A stretch of 64,000 nucleotides of DNA, taken from assembly GCA_039935415.1 (NCBI GenBank), contig JBDTKH010000032.1, forward strand, positions 44,830 to 108,829. Reading direction: 5' to 3'. The notes under the pieces were generated by a model, which ran no database searches, was not told the origin of the DNA, and saw nothing but the letters and a program-made list of their open reading frames with translations. A program made the translations under genes and the position numbers. The DNA comes from Candidatus Dormiibacterota bacterium. GTDB taxonomy: Bacteria; Chloroflexota; Dormibacteria; Dormibacterales; Dormibacteraceae. Below are positions 32,584 through 40,927 of this stretch, piece by piece (position 1 is the first letter of the stretch; every line of letters begins with the position of its first letter).

Positions 32584-33363
32584 GTGCTGACTCGCCTCAA
32601 GCCATATGGGCTTCATCTCTATCTGCTCACCTACACGCCCATCCTCCTTTTCGCGGACAGCAGGATCACGGCGCTGTGGCAGCAGTGGATGCTTGGCCTG
32701 ATCACGTTCGCGGTGCTCTACCTCGCGGCGCTCAAGGCGCCGAAGGAGCAGCGCCTCCAGGTGTGGACCTGCGTTCTGGTCGCCACGGGATTCGAGATCT
32801 TCGGCTCGCTGATCTGGGGCGTCTATCGCTACCGGTTGCACAACGTCCCCCTGTTCGTGCCGCCTGGGCACGGCATGGTCTACCTGTTCGGCCTTTTGGC
32901 CGCGCGCACACCCGTCGTCATGCGCTACGGCAGACGCGTCGCGTACTTCGTCCTGGCCGGCGCCACCACATGGGCCGCTGCGGGACTGACGGTGCTCCCC
33001 GTCATCACCGGCCGCATCGACCTGCAGGGCGCTCTCTGCCTGCCGGTCTTCGCCTACTTCGTGCTTCGCTCGCCGAGGTGGGCGCTGTTCTCGGCGATCT
33101 TCATCGCCACCGGCGAGCTCGAGATCTTCGGCACCTCGTTCGGCAACTGGGCGTGGCTGCCGATCGCGCCGTGGACGCACATCCCGTCAGGCAACCCCCC
33201 GTCGGTGATCGCCGGCGGCTACTGCGTGATCGATGCCTCGGTCCTGTTGGTGCTGCGCGGCCTGGCCTGGTTCCGGGCTCAGCCGTTCATCTCGACGGTG
33301 GCGGTCCCCAGGGTCGTGCGGTTGCCTTCCGAGTCCTCACCCCAGACCTCGATCTCGACCTGA
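32584..33363 (+). CDS. Polytopic membrane protein of unknown function
   Basis: 259 aa, about 7 hydrophobic segments, GTG start 24 nt after element copy C. 3' end overlaps the convergent MaoC gene by 85 nt. Confidence 0.5.
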   Translation: MLTRLKPYGLHLYLLTYTPILLFADSRITALWQQWMLGLITFAVLYLAALKAPKEQRLQVWTCVLVATGFEIFGSLIWGVYRYRLHNVPLFVPPGHGMVYLFGLLAARTPVVMRYGRRVAYFVLAGATTWAAAGLTVLPVITGRIDLQGALCLPVFAYFVLRSPRWALFSAIFIATGELEIFGTSFGNWAWLPIAPWTHIPSGNPPSVIAGGYCVIDASVLLVLRGLAWFRAQPFISTVAVPRVVRLPSESSPQTSIST

Positions 33364-33671
33364 TCGCCGGCGACCTTCTTGACCTGGCCGCGACATCGAT
33401 AAGGGCGGCCCGGCTGATCCACCCCTCGGTAGCTCACCTCGAAAGCCTTGAGCGTGCCGCGATCGCCTAGCCAGTCGGTCACGAGCTGCCCGAGAAAAGC
33501 CGCTTTGAGCAGACCGTGCAGGATCACGCCCGGCAGCCCCACGCTCTTCGCGTAAGCCTGGTCGTAGTGGATCTCGTAAAAGTCACCCTGCGCGCCCGCG
33601 TACTGGACCAGCTGTCGGGTGGTCGGGTGCTTGACCAGCTCGGGGACCTCCTGGCCGACCGTGGGCTTCAC
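33279..33671 (-). CDS. MaoC-like (hotdog fold) dehydratase subunit
   Basis: 130 aa. GDFYEIHYDQAYAK hydratase motif region. GTGA overlap with the upstream hotdog gene. Confidence 0.8.
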   Translation of the reverse strand: MKPTVGQEVPELVKHPTTRQLVQYAGAQGDFYEIHYDQAYAKSVGLPGVILHGLLKAAFLGQLVTDWLGDRGTLKAFEVSYRGVDQPGRPYRCRGQVKKVAGDQVEIEVWGEDSEGNRTTLGTATVEMNG

Positions 33672-34087
33672 CGCCTGATCGCCGTCCCGCGCAGCCTGGC
33701 CACGGTGCGGCCGTGCTGGTTCAAGTATTCAGTCTCGAAGATGATGAACAGCAGGTTGCCGCTCGAGCCCGTCTTCTCGTAGACGTCGGCGACCCTGCCG
33801 GTCGCGGTGACTCGATCGCCCACCCTGACGGGCTCGAAGTACTCGAATCGGTTTCCCCCGTTGAGCCAGCCCTTGCCGTACTCCTCTGCTTCTTCGAGGT
33901 GGTAGGCGGCCGGCGAGAGGGCGACCAGGAAGGTGGGCGGCGCCTCCTCGAGCCATCGCGGGTTCGTGTCGCCGATCGCCTCGGCGAATCGCTTGAGGTG
34001 CCCAGCTTCGACGGTGGACTGGGTCGCCGGCGCGGCGACGCCGATCCGCTCGCGCAGCCGTTCGACGACCGAAGCTGCGGTAGTCAC
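33668..34087 (-). CDS. MaoC N-terminal-like hotdog subunit (partner of 33279..33671)
   Basis: Hotdog-like region FAEAIGDTNPRW. Start set to GTG 34087, forming a GTGA overlap with the acyl-CoA dehydrogenase stop. The track ORF extends to 34177. Confidence 0.7.
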   Translation of the reverse strand: MTTAASVVERLRERIGVAAPATQSTVEAGHLKRFAEAIGDTNPRWLEEAPPTFLVALSPAAYHLEEAEEYGKGWLNGGNRFEYFEPVRVGDRVTATGRVADVYEKTGSSGNLLFIIFETEYLNQHGRTVARLRGTAIRR

Positions 34088-35256
34088 CGGCCGCGCGGGA
34101 GGCCGAGCACTCGCTCGGCGATGATGTTGCGCTGGATCTCGGACGAGCCGGCGTAGATCGTCTCCGCCTGCGCCCACATCCAGCCGTACTGCCAGCGGCC
34201 GTCCTCCAGCACGTACGGCGAGTCGGGCGCCAGTGCCCCATACAGGCCCTGCACACCGAGCGCCGTCTCCTGGATGCGCTTGTCCATCTCGCTCCAGTAG
34301 AGCTTGGTGAGGCTCGCCTCGGGTCCCGGTGCCTGGCCGTGCTGCGCGCTCGTCAGGTTGCGCAGTCCGATCAGCCGGAAAATATGCGCTTCGATCTGCG
34401 CCTGCGCGACCTGCTGACGCACCACCGCATCGGCGCCCCCGCCGCGCTCGCGAGCGAGCACGGCCAGCTCCTGGACCGCGCGTTCAAAGCGCGCCGCCTG
34501 CCCGAGGCCGCCACGCTCGAACCCGAAAACGGTCATCGCGATCTTCCAGCCGTCGCCCGGCCCGCCCACCAGGTCTCGGTCCTCGACTACGGCGTCGGAC
34601 AGGAAGATCTCGCAGAACTCGCCACCACCTGTCATCTGGCGAATCCGCTGCACCTCGACCCCGGGCTGGTGCATTTCGACCAGGAAAAAGCCGATGCCGT
34701 GATGCGCGTCGGCCTGTGAGTCGGTGCGGGCCAGCAGAAAGCTCCGGTCGGCGTAGTGCGCGCCGCTGGACCACGTCTTCTGGCCGTTCAGCACCCATTT
34801 GCCGTCGCGTCTTTCCGCCCGAGCGCGCAACCCCGCAAGGTCGCTGCCGGCGTCGGGTTCGCTGAAACCCTGGCAGAAGATCAGCTCACCGCTCAAGATC
34901 TTTTCGAGGTACGTCTGCTTCTGCCAGTCCGAGCCGTGCACCAGCAGCGTGGGCGCGAGCAAGCTCACGCCAAGGCGCCCGAGGATGCCCGGGGCGCCGG
35001 ATTTCGCCATTTCCTCCTGGTAGATCGCCTGCATCACGGGCGTGGCCCCACGGCCGCCCGCCTCGAGCGGCCACGCGAGCTTGAGCCAGCCGCCGTCGTG
35101 GAGCCGCCGCTGCCACTGCCGCTGGATCTCGGTGTCATCGTCCTCGCGGTAGCCGCCCACTCCGCGGTGCCGCCACTCGGCCGGGAGGTTGAGATCGATC
35201 CAGCTTCGGACCTCGCTGCGAAAGGCTTCCTCCTCCGCCGTGAAGGCCAGATCCAC
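34084..35256 (-). CDS. Acyl-CoA dehydrogenase
   Basis: FCQGFSEPDAGSDLA and C-terminal IYAGSSEIQRNIIAERVLGLPR motifs. Start set to GTG 35256. The track ORF extends to 35346. Confidence 0.9.
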   Translation of the reverse strand: MDLAFTAEEEAFRSEVRSWIDLNLPAEWRHRGVGGYREDDDTEIQRQWQRRLHDGGWLKLAWPLEAGGRGATPVMQAIYQEEMAKSGAPGILGRLGVSLLAPTLLVHGSDWQKQTYLEKILSGELIFCQGFSEPDAGSDLAGLRARAERRDGKWVLNGQKTWSSGAHYADRSFLLARTDSQADAHHGIGFFLVEMHQPGVEVQRIRQMTGGGEFCEIFLSDAVVEDRDLVGGPGDGWKIAMTVFGFERGGLGQAARFERAVQELAVLARERGGGADAVVRQQVAQAQIEAHIFRLIGLRNLTSAQHGQAPGPEASLTKLYWSEMDKRIQETALGVQGLYGALAPDSPYVLEDGRWQYGWMWAQAETIYAGSSEIQRNIIAERVLGLPRGR

Positions 35257-35293
35257 GATTTGGAGGCTATCAAAACGGGGAAACTTAGGACGG

Positions 35294-35683
35294 ATGGCCT
35301 CCGAAGTCCTCTGTGGCAGGTGCGGCACCCTCCTGACCAACCCCAACGCGCCCTGTCCCCGATGCGGGTCCTCCGCCTCAGGTCGCTACCAGGGCCCGGC
35401 GGTGGGGGCGCGGAAGAACCCGCTCGCCGCAGCCGCGCTCGCGATCATCCCAGGATGCGGCCACTTCTACCTCGGCCACAACGTGAAGGGCCTCGCCCTG
35501 CTCGTGGGCATCGGAGGCTTTCAGCTGTTCGACACAGGCCTCGACCTCACCGGGATCGGCGCCCTCCTCGGAGTGCCTCTCGAGCTTGGGCCCGGCGCGC
35601 TCTGGGTCTACAGCATCGTCGACGCGTATCGGACCGCCAAGCACATGGAGGCCGCCGCCGCGGTTCCGCCGTACCCAGCCTAG
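35294..35683 (+). CDS. Zinc-ribbon plus two-TM membrane protein
   Basis: MASEVLCGRCGTLLTNPNAPCPRCG, then hydrophobic segments. ATG at 35294, divergent from the acyl-CoA dehydrogenase gene. Confidence 0.6.
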   Translation: MASEVLCGRCGTLLTNPNAPCPRCGSSASGRYQGPAVGARKNPLAAAALAIIPGCGHFYLGHNVKGLALLVGIGGFQLFDTGLDLTGIGALLGVPLELGPGALWVYSIVDAYRTAKHMEAAAAVPPYPA

Positions 35684-35849
35684 ATATGAGCGGAAACTGC
35701 GTTTTCGCTCATCGCCCGGTCGGCTTCGCCGACGAGGCTGATCACCTTCCTGTTGGTTGGATTAATTGGACTGGTTGCTCCTGGCGACGCTTGGGTGGTT
35801 TGAGAACAGTTGCGGCCGAGGTGAACTCGGCCGCCCCGCCACGCTGGTG
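35684..35849 (+). repeat. Structured intergenic element, copy D
   Basis: Begins at the nucleotide after the TAG stop. atgagcggaaac-tgc-gttttcgctcat (one G.U); ggtcggc-ttc-gccgac; ..gcggccgag-gtgaa-ctcggccgc; cgccacgctggtg. Ends 5 nt before the stop of the convergent gene. Confidence 0.85.
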
Positions 35850-35854
35850 AAGCG

Positions 35855-36244
35855 CTAGGAAGCCTTCCGCCGTCTCCGCGTGACCGTTTTCCTGCGAGGC
35901 GTCGCCGCGGCCGCCGTCTTTCGCTTCCGGCGCTTCGCCGGCGCCGGTGTGAGCGCGCGCTGGACTCGCCGCTGGATGGTCCGGAGGCTGCGTTCCACGG
36001 CGCCGCTGGTCGCCCTCGACCCTTGCTCGGTCAACTTAACGACCTGACGCCTCAGCTTGCGGTTCTCCTTGATGAGCTCCGCGACCATCTCGTTCAACTT
36101 CTGCGTCAGGTCGGCTCCGCCTATGCGCTTGCGTCGCGTACGTCCGGTCGGTGTGCTTCCCGCGCGTGGCCTGCCGCGCCGGCGTCTCGCCGGTGCCTCC
36201 TGACGTTGCGCAGAATCGTCTGCTGACATATCGACTCCTGCCAC
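35855..36244 (-). CDS. Arg/Lys-rich coiled-coil protein of unknown function
   Basis: 129 aa. Basic termini (RRRRGRPRAG.., ..AKRRKRKTAAAATPRRKTVTRRRRKAS) flank a heptad-like core LNEMVAELIKENRKLRRQVVKL. Confidence 0.5.
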   Translation of the reverse strand: MAGVDMSADDSAQRQEAPARRRRGRPRAGSTPTGRTRRKRIGGADLTQKLNEMVAELIKENRKLRRQVVKLTEQGSRATSGAVERSLRTIQRRVQRALTPAPAKRRKRKTAAAATPRRKTVTRRRRKAS

Positions 36245-36270
36245 TAAGAATCTGGCCGTGAAAGCCTAGT

Positions 36271-36699
36271 CTATGCGGCCACGAGCACCTGTTGTTTCGA
36301 CACGCTCTTAAGACCTTCGCGTGCAAGTTCGTGCGCAGGATTCGCTTTACGACTCACATAACGAACGACGCGCCATCCGCGCCTGGAGCGCTCGCGAACT
36401 TCATGAACCGCGATGCGAAAACTGTCGCTGGACGGCATTCGACTGCGGACGACCGGCGCGCAATCAGTGCGCACGATCACGCGGTGATAAGGCCAGCGCG
36501 CAGCCGCCAGGTCGAGCGCGCCCGCGCACACGTGCGCCTCGAGCTGGGCTGAACCGCCGAGATGCGAAAAGCCGAAAGATTCCGTATACACCGCGCGGCC
36601 CCTAACGAAAACGGCCAGGCCACATCCGGCCCGGCCGTTCTTGTCGAGAGCGGCGTCAACGTAGATCACCAGGCACTCCCGCAAACTGCATCCCTCCAA
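36271..36699 (-). CDS. RNase H-like (RVT_3/RNase HI fold) protein
   Basis: 142 aa. Catalytic-like pattern VDAA..., QLEAH..., RTDC..., NPAHELA. Lower G+C than the surroundings. Confidence 0.6.
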   Translation of the reverse strand: MEGCSLRECLVIYVDAALDKNGRAGCGLAVFVRGRAVYTESFGFSHLGGSAQLEAHVCAGALDLAAARWPYHRVIVRTDCAPVVRSRMPSSDSFRIAVHEVRERSRRGWRVVRYVSRKANPAHELAREGLKSVSKQQVLVAA

Positions 36700-36828
36700 G
36701 GACCAGGAATCAGATTGCGCAAGAGCCTAGCATGATGTTGCGCCCTTGTCCGCTGCCGGGCACAACATGTTGTGTCAGTCGGTAACCCCACGAACTCAGA
36801 GGCTTCGCCGTGAGTTCGCGGGGACCCC

Positions 36829-37614
36829 TTAAGCCGGTGGGAGTTCAGCCCCCATCGCGTGGTAGCCACCGTCGACGTGCACCAGCTCGCCGGTCGTCAT
36901 GTCCAGGTAGTCGGATAGCAGCGCGCATGCGGCACGTCCGACCGGCGATTTGTCCTGCAGGCTCCACCCCAGCGGGGCGCGATGTTCCCACACCTCTTCG
37001 AAGTCCTTGAATCCGGGAATCCCGCTCGCGGCAAGCGTCGCGAGCGGCCCCGCGCAGATCGCGTTGACGCGAATCTTGTATCGCCCCAGGTCGCGCGCGA
37101 GATAACGAGTGACGGATTCCAGGGCGGCTTTCGAGACGCCCATCCAGTCATATTTCGGCCACGCCTGCGTGGAGTTGTCGAAGTCGAGTGTGATCATCGA
37201 TCCGCCGTGTTCTTTCATCAGCGGAAGAAATCCGGCGGCCAGTTCCTTGAACGAGAATGCGCTCACGTGGAGCGCGGTGGCGACACTTTCCCATGGCGTG
37301 GTAAGGAACTTGCCACCGAGCGCGTCAGGCGGCGCGTACGCGACCGAATGCACGAGCCCGTCGATGCGATCCCAGCGCTCGCCGACGGCCTTTGCCGCCG
37401 CGGCGATGTCGTCAGGCTTCTGGACGTCCATCTCGAGGATTTCTGGAGCGGGACTGAGCTTCTTCGCCGTCATCTGCGTGATGGTCATCATCCGGCCGAA
37501 GCTCGTGAGGATCAGCTCCGCGCCTTCCTTCTGCGCCTCGACCGCGATTGCGTAGCCGATGCTGCGCCGGTCCGACATCCCGGCGATGAGGATCTTCTTG
37601 CCTTTGAGGATCAC
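36829..37614 (-). CDS. fabI: Enoyl-[acyl-carrier-protein] reductase (NADH), FabI/InhA type
   Basis: KKILIAGMSDRRSIGYAIA N-terminus and Y-x6-K (YDWMGVSK). Confidence 0.9.
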   Translation of the reverse strand: MILKGKKILIAGMSDRRSIGYAIAVEAQKEGAELILTSFGRMMTITQMTAKKLSPAPEILEMDVQKPDDIAAAAKAVGERWDRIDGLVHSVAYAPPDALGGKFLTTPWESVATALHVSAFSFKELAAGFLPLMKEHGGSMITLDFDNSTQAWPKYDWMGVSKAALESVTRYLARDLGRYKIRVNAICAGPLATLAASGIPGFKDFEEVWEHRAPLGWSLQDKSPVGRAACALLSDYLDMTTGELVHVDGGYHAMGAELPPA

Positions 37615-37629
37615 GCGAGGATCGTAAAC

Positions 37630-38454
37630 CTAACCAGAATCTGGACCGGTGGCGACCGGCGCGTCGCGCCGCGACCAGTCGCTCCACGACCCGGCGTAGA
37701 GCCGTCCGTTGTGCAGCCCGGCGACCTCCATGGCCAGCAGGTGATGGCAACCATTGACGCCTGACCCGCAGTAAGCCACAGCGCCCACGTCAGCGCTCAC
37801 TCCGAGGCTCGAATAACGATCCCGAAGCTCTGCAGCGGACTTGAACCGCCCGTCCGGCGCGAGGTTCTCGGTCCAGGGCGCGCTGAGCGCGCCCGGGATG
37901 TGGCCCGCCTTTGGATCGACCGGCTCCTTCTCGCCGCGATATCGCTCGCCCGCTCGCGCATCGAGAACCGGCACGCCGTCGAGCTCCCAGATCGCGGAGA
38001 AATCGACCACGCGGGACGCGTCCGGCTCGAGTGCGGGGAAATCGCCCGGCCTGACGATCGGGTAGCTGGAGTCGAGCGGCTCGCCCCAGGCCTGGAGCCC
38101 GCCGTCGAGCACCGCCTGGCCCTCGTGTCCAAACCAGCCGAGAAGGAACCACAGGCGGCCGGCGACCGAACCGCCAACGTCGTCGTAGGCGATCACCCTG
38201 GTCACATCGCTGACCCCGGCCTCTCGCATCTCCTCCTCGAACTGCGCCGCCGTGGGTAGTGGATGCCGCCCCGGACCGTCTGCGCCGGTGACGGACTCGA
38301 GGTCGACGAAGACCGCGCCCGGGATGTGGCCGCGCTCGTACTCCTCACGGCCGCGCTTGCCGGCGAGATACCAGCGGAAGTCGATCACCCTCAGGTCGGG
38401 GTCGTGCAGGTGTTCGCGAAGCCACTCGGCGCTGACCAGCGGGCCGAAGCTCAT
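37630..38454 (-). CDS. sseA: Tandem-rhodanese thiosulfate/3-mercaptopyruvate sulfurtransferase
   Basis: Two rhodanese domains, active-site loop CGSGVNGC. Confidence 0.85.
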   Translation of the reverse strand: MSFGPLVSAEWLREHLHDPDLRVIDFRWYLAGKRGREEYERGHIPGAVFVDLESVTGADGPGRHPLPTAAQFEEEMREAGVSDVTRVIAYDDVGGSVAGRLWFLLGWFGHEGQAVLDGGLQAWGEPLDSSYPIVRPGDFPALEPDASRVVDFSAIWELDGVPVLDARAGERYRGEKEPVDPKAGHIPGALSAPWTENLAPDGRFKSAAELRDRYSSLGVSADVGAVAYCGSGVNGCHHLLAMEVAGLHNGRLYAGSWSDWSRRDAPVATGPDSG

Positions 38455-39107
38455 CCGCCCACCACCCGCGTGTCATGGCAGAAGTGCACGACGTGGGGGT
38501 GCATCCCGTGCAGCTTCTCGAGCGAGCGTATCCATGAGTCTTTGTCCGCGTATTGGCCGCGCCACGCCGAGAGGTCGGCATGGTCGCCCTCTCGATAGAT
38601 CTGAGACGTGTATGCGGCGTCACCGATCATCACCGCTCCGCCGTCAGGGGTGTCGACCATGACGCTCTGGTGGCCTGACGTGTGCCCGGGCGTCGCCACG
38701 ACCCGCACGCCGTCGGCGATCTGGGCGTCGCCGTCGATCAGCTCGAACCGCGCACCCGCGAAATCGAACCACTCGGAGACACCATCCTGGTCGCGGCGCG
38801 CACGCTCCAACTCCGAGCGCTGGATGTAGAACGGCGCGTGCTTGAACACCGCGTTCTGGCCGCAGTGATCGAAGTGGAGGTGGCTGTTGATCACGATCTT
38901 CACGTCGACGGGACTCAGGTCGTGCTCGGCGAGCGCGTCCGCGGCGTGGCGGTTCACCACCTTCCATTCCTTCACGAGCTCCGTCGGCCATCCGACGCCC
39001 GTATCGACGAGGATCGCGCCTGCGCTCGGATGCTTGATCACGAACCCGTGCACCGGGATGTTGTTCAAGGCCCCAATCTGTGCCAGGTGAAGCCTGACTA
39101 TCTCCAT
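38451..39107 (-). CDS. MBL-fold hydrolase (N-acyl homoserine lactonase-like)
   Basis: HLHFDHCG motif, TPGHTSGH. ATG at 39107. Only the last 218 codons of the 550-aa track ORF are credible. ATGA overlap with the sseA start. Confidence 0.8.
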   Translation of the reverse strand: MEIVRLHLAQIGALNNIPVHGFVIKHPSAGAILVDTGVGWPTELVKEWKVVNRHAADALAEHDLSPVDVKIVINSHLHFDHCGQNAVFKHAPFYIQRSELERARRDQDGVSEWFDFAGARFELIDGDAQIADGVRVVATPGHTSGHQSVMVDTPDGGAVMIGDAAYTSQIYREGDHADLSAWRGQYADKDSWIRSLEKLHGMHPHVVHFCHDTRVVGG

Positions 39108-39115
39108 CCCGGGCC

Positions 39116-40006
39116 TCAGGGCAAGAATGGCGAGGCGGCGAACAACGCGAAGAGCACTCCCAAGTACACGAGGGAGTAGGCGAAGAGGCGGCGCGTCCAT
39201 CGACGGCCGGCCAGGGAGAGTACCGCGATAGTCACCAACCCGACCCCGAGCACGATCGCGCCCGCGAGATAGATCGCGCCTGCAGCACCGGTGAAGAAGG
39301 GAATCACGCTCACGGCGGCCGTCAACAGCGCGTACACGATGCTCTGGCGCTTGGCCGACCCCTCGCCGGCCACCACAGGAAGCATCGGGATGTTGGCGCG
39401 CGCGTAGTCGGTCTTGATCACCTGCGCGAGAGCCCAGAAATGCGGCGGCGTCCAGAAGAAGATCACCCCGAACAGCGCCAGCGCTGTGAGGTCCAGGCGG
39501 CCGGTTGCAGCAGCCCATCCGACCAGGGGCGGCACGGCGCCGGCGGCTCCGCCGATCACGATGTTCTGTGGCGTAGAGCGCTTCAACCAGACGGTGTAGA
39601 CGAACACATAGATCAACGTGCCCGTCAGAGCGAGCGAGGCCGCAAGCAGGTTCGCGCCGGACCACAGCACTGCGAAGGCGAGGATGTTGAGGCCGATCCC
39701 GATCGCCAGCGCGTGCCAGGGCAGGATCCTCCCATCGGGCAGTGGCCGCCGGCGCGTCCGGCTCATCTCGGCGTCGATGTCCCGGTCGAACCAGCAGTTG
39801 ATCGCGTGCGCGCCGCCCGCAGCGAACGTGCCGCCAACCAGGACCGCAGCCACCGCGACCAACCGTGGGTGGCCGTGCGAAGCCGGCAGCATGACTCCGA
39901 TCGCGGTGACGTCGAGCAGGGCGACGATGCGCAGCTTCAGCAGGCTGATGTAGTCGCGCGCGACCCCGGCCAGGTCGCGCGTCGCCGGCGCGGTCAGCAC
40001 GCTCAC
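39116..40006 (-). CDS. ctaB: Protoheme IX farnesyltransferase (heme O synthase)
   Basis: GGAHAINCWFDRDIDAEMSRTRRRPLP UbiA-type motif. Start set to GTG 40006, forming a GTGA overlap with the ctaA stop. Confidence 0.9.
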   Translation of the reverse strand: MSVLTAPATRDLAGVARDYISLLKLRIVALLDVTAIGVMLPASHGHPRLVAVAAVLVGGTFAAGGAHAINCWFDRDIDAEMSRTRRRPLPDGRILPWHALAIGIGLNILAFAVLWSGANLLAASLALTGTLIYVFVYTVWLKRSTPQNIVIGGAAGAVPPLVGWAAATGRLDLTALALFGVIFFWTPPHFWALAQVIKTDYARANIPMLPVVAGEGSAKRQSIVYALLTAAVSVIPFFTGAAGAIYLAGAIVLGVGLVTIAVLSLAGRRWTRRLFAYSLVYLGVLFALFAASPFLP

Positions 40007-40914
40007 GCGGGTCTCTTCCGCACTGCCAGCCTCGACAGATCCGCCTCGCGATCGGTGCGGGGCGCGGTGAGCACTGCCATCGCCAGCACTCCTGCCCAGA
40101 CAAGCGTGGCCAGGGCGATGTGCAAACCGTTGAAGAACGCGGCGTCGGTCACGGCCGCGCCGGCTCCGACGGCGACCTGGAGGCCGAACACGATCAGCGT
40201 CGCGATGGCCGCGACCTTGAGACCGGGCTGGCGGATCGCGGCGGCGAGGACGTAGACCAACAACACCCCGATCACCAGCACCGAACCGCGGTGGAGCATC
40301 GTGAAGGCGTTCACTCCTATGAAGTCTGGCGTGAACCCGGCCCCGCACAGCGGCCAGGACCTACACAGAGCGTCGGCCCCGCTCGCCACGACAGTCGAAC
40401 CCGTGAGCAGGAGGAAGTACGTCGCGGCAGCAGCCAGCGCGGCCAGGCGCCGGAAAATCGGATCTCGCACGCCGGTGCCGGCCGGCATCGACATCACCGC
40501 GGCCGCGACCAGAAATCCCAGGATCATCATCGCGAGGCCGAGGTGGATGAGGACGAGCCAGGACGACAGGTCGTTCGCCACGACCACGCCGCCGAGCACC
40601 CCCTCCCCCACCACGCCGATCAATGAAGCGGTCGCGAGCCAGGCCACGGCAGGCCGCCGGTTGCGCCACACCACCCAGGCGAGCACGACCGTCGCGATGA
40701 TCAGTACACCGGTCACGCTTCCCACCGCGCGGTGCGAGTACTCGATGATCGCGTGGATGTTGGCCGGGGGGTACGGACGTCCGTGGCACAGCGGCCAGTC
40801 AGGACAACCCAGGCCCGAACCGGAGACGCGCACGAGGCCTCCGAGGGCGATTTGCAGGTAGGCGAACAGCGCGGTCACGACGGCGAGCCGACGGAACACG
40901 GTGACTGAAACCAC
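40003..40914 (-). CDS. ctaA: Heme A synthase (COX15/CtaA)
   Basis: LGGLVRVSGSGLGCPDWPLCHG motif and His-containing TM helices. Start set to GTG 40914, 14 nt after the upstream stop. Confidence 0.85.
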   Translation of the reverse strand: MVSVTVFRRLAVVTALFAYLQIALGGLVRVSGSGLGCPDWPLCHGRPYPPANIHAIIEYSHRAVGSVTGVLIIATVVLAWVVWRNRRPAVAWLATASLIGVVGEGVLGGVVVANDLSSWLVLIHLGLAMMILGFLVAAAVMSMPAGTGVRDPIFRRLAALAAAATYFLLLTGSTVVASGADALCRSWPLCGAGFTPDFIGVNAFTMLHRGSVLVIGVLLVYVLAAAIRQPGLKVAAIATLIVFGLQVAVGAGAAVTDAAFFNGLHIALATLVWAGVLAMAVLTAPRTDREADLSRLAVRKRPA

Positions 40915-40927
40915 AGGCGGCCCCAGT

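Noticed and set aside
39108-40103. N-terminal ~330 codons of the 550-aa track ORF 38451..40103
   Set aside because: This part is out-of-frame overlap with ctaB and is Arg/Pro-rich. Only the part from ATG 39107 onwards shows MBL-fold motifs.
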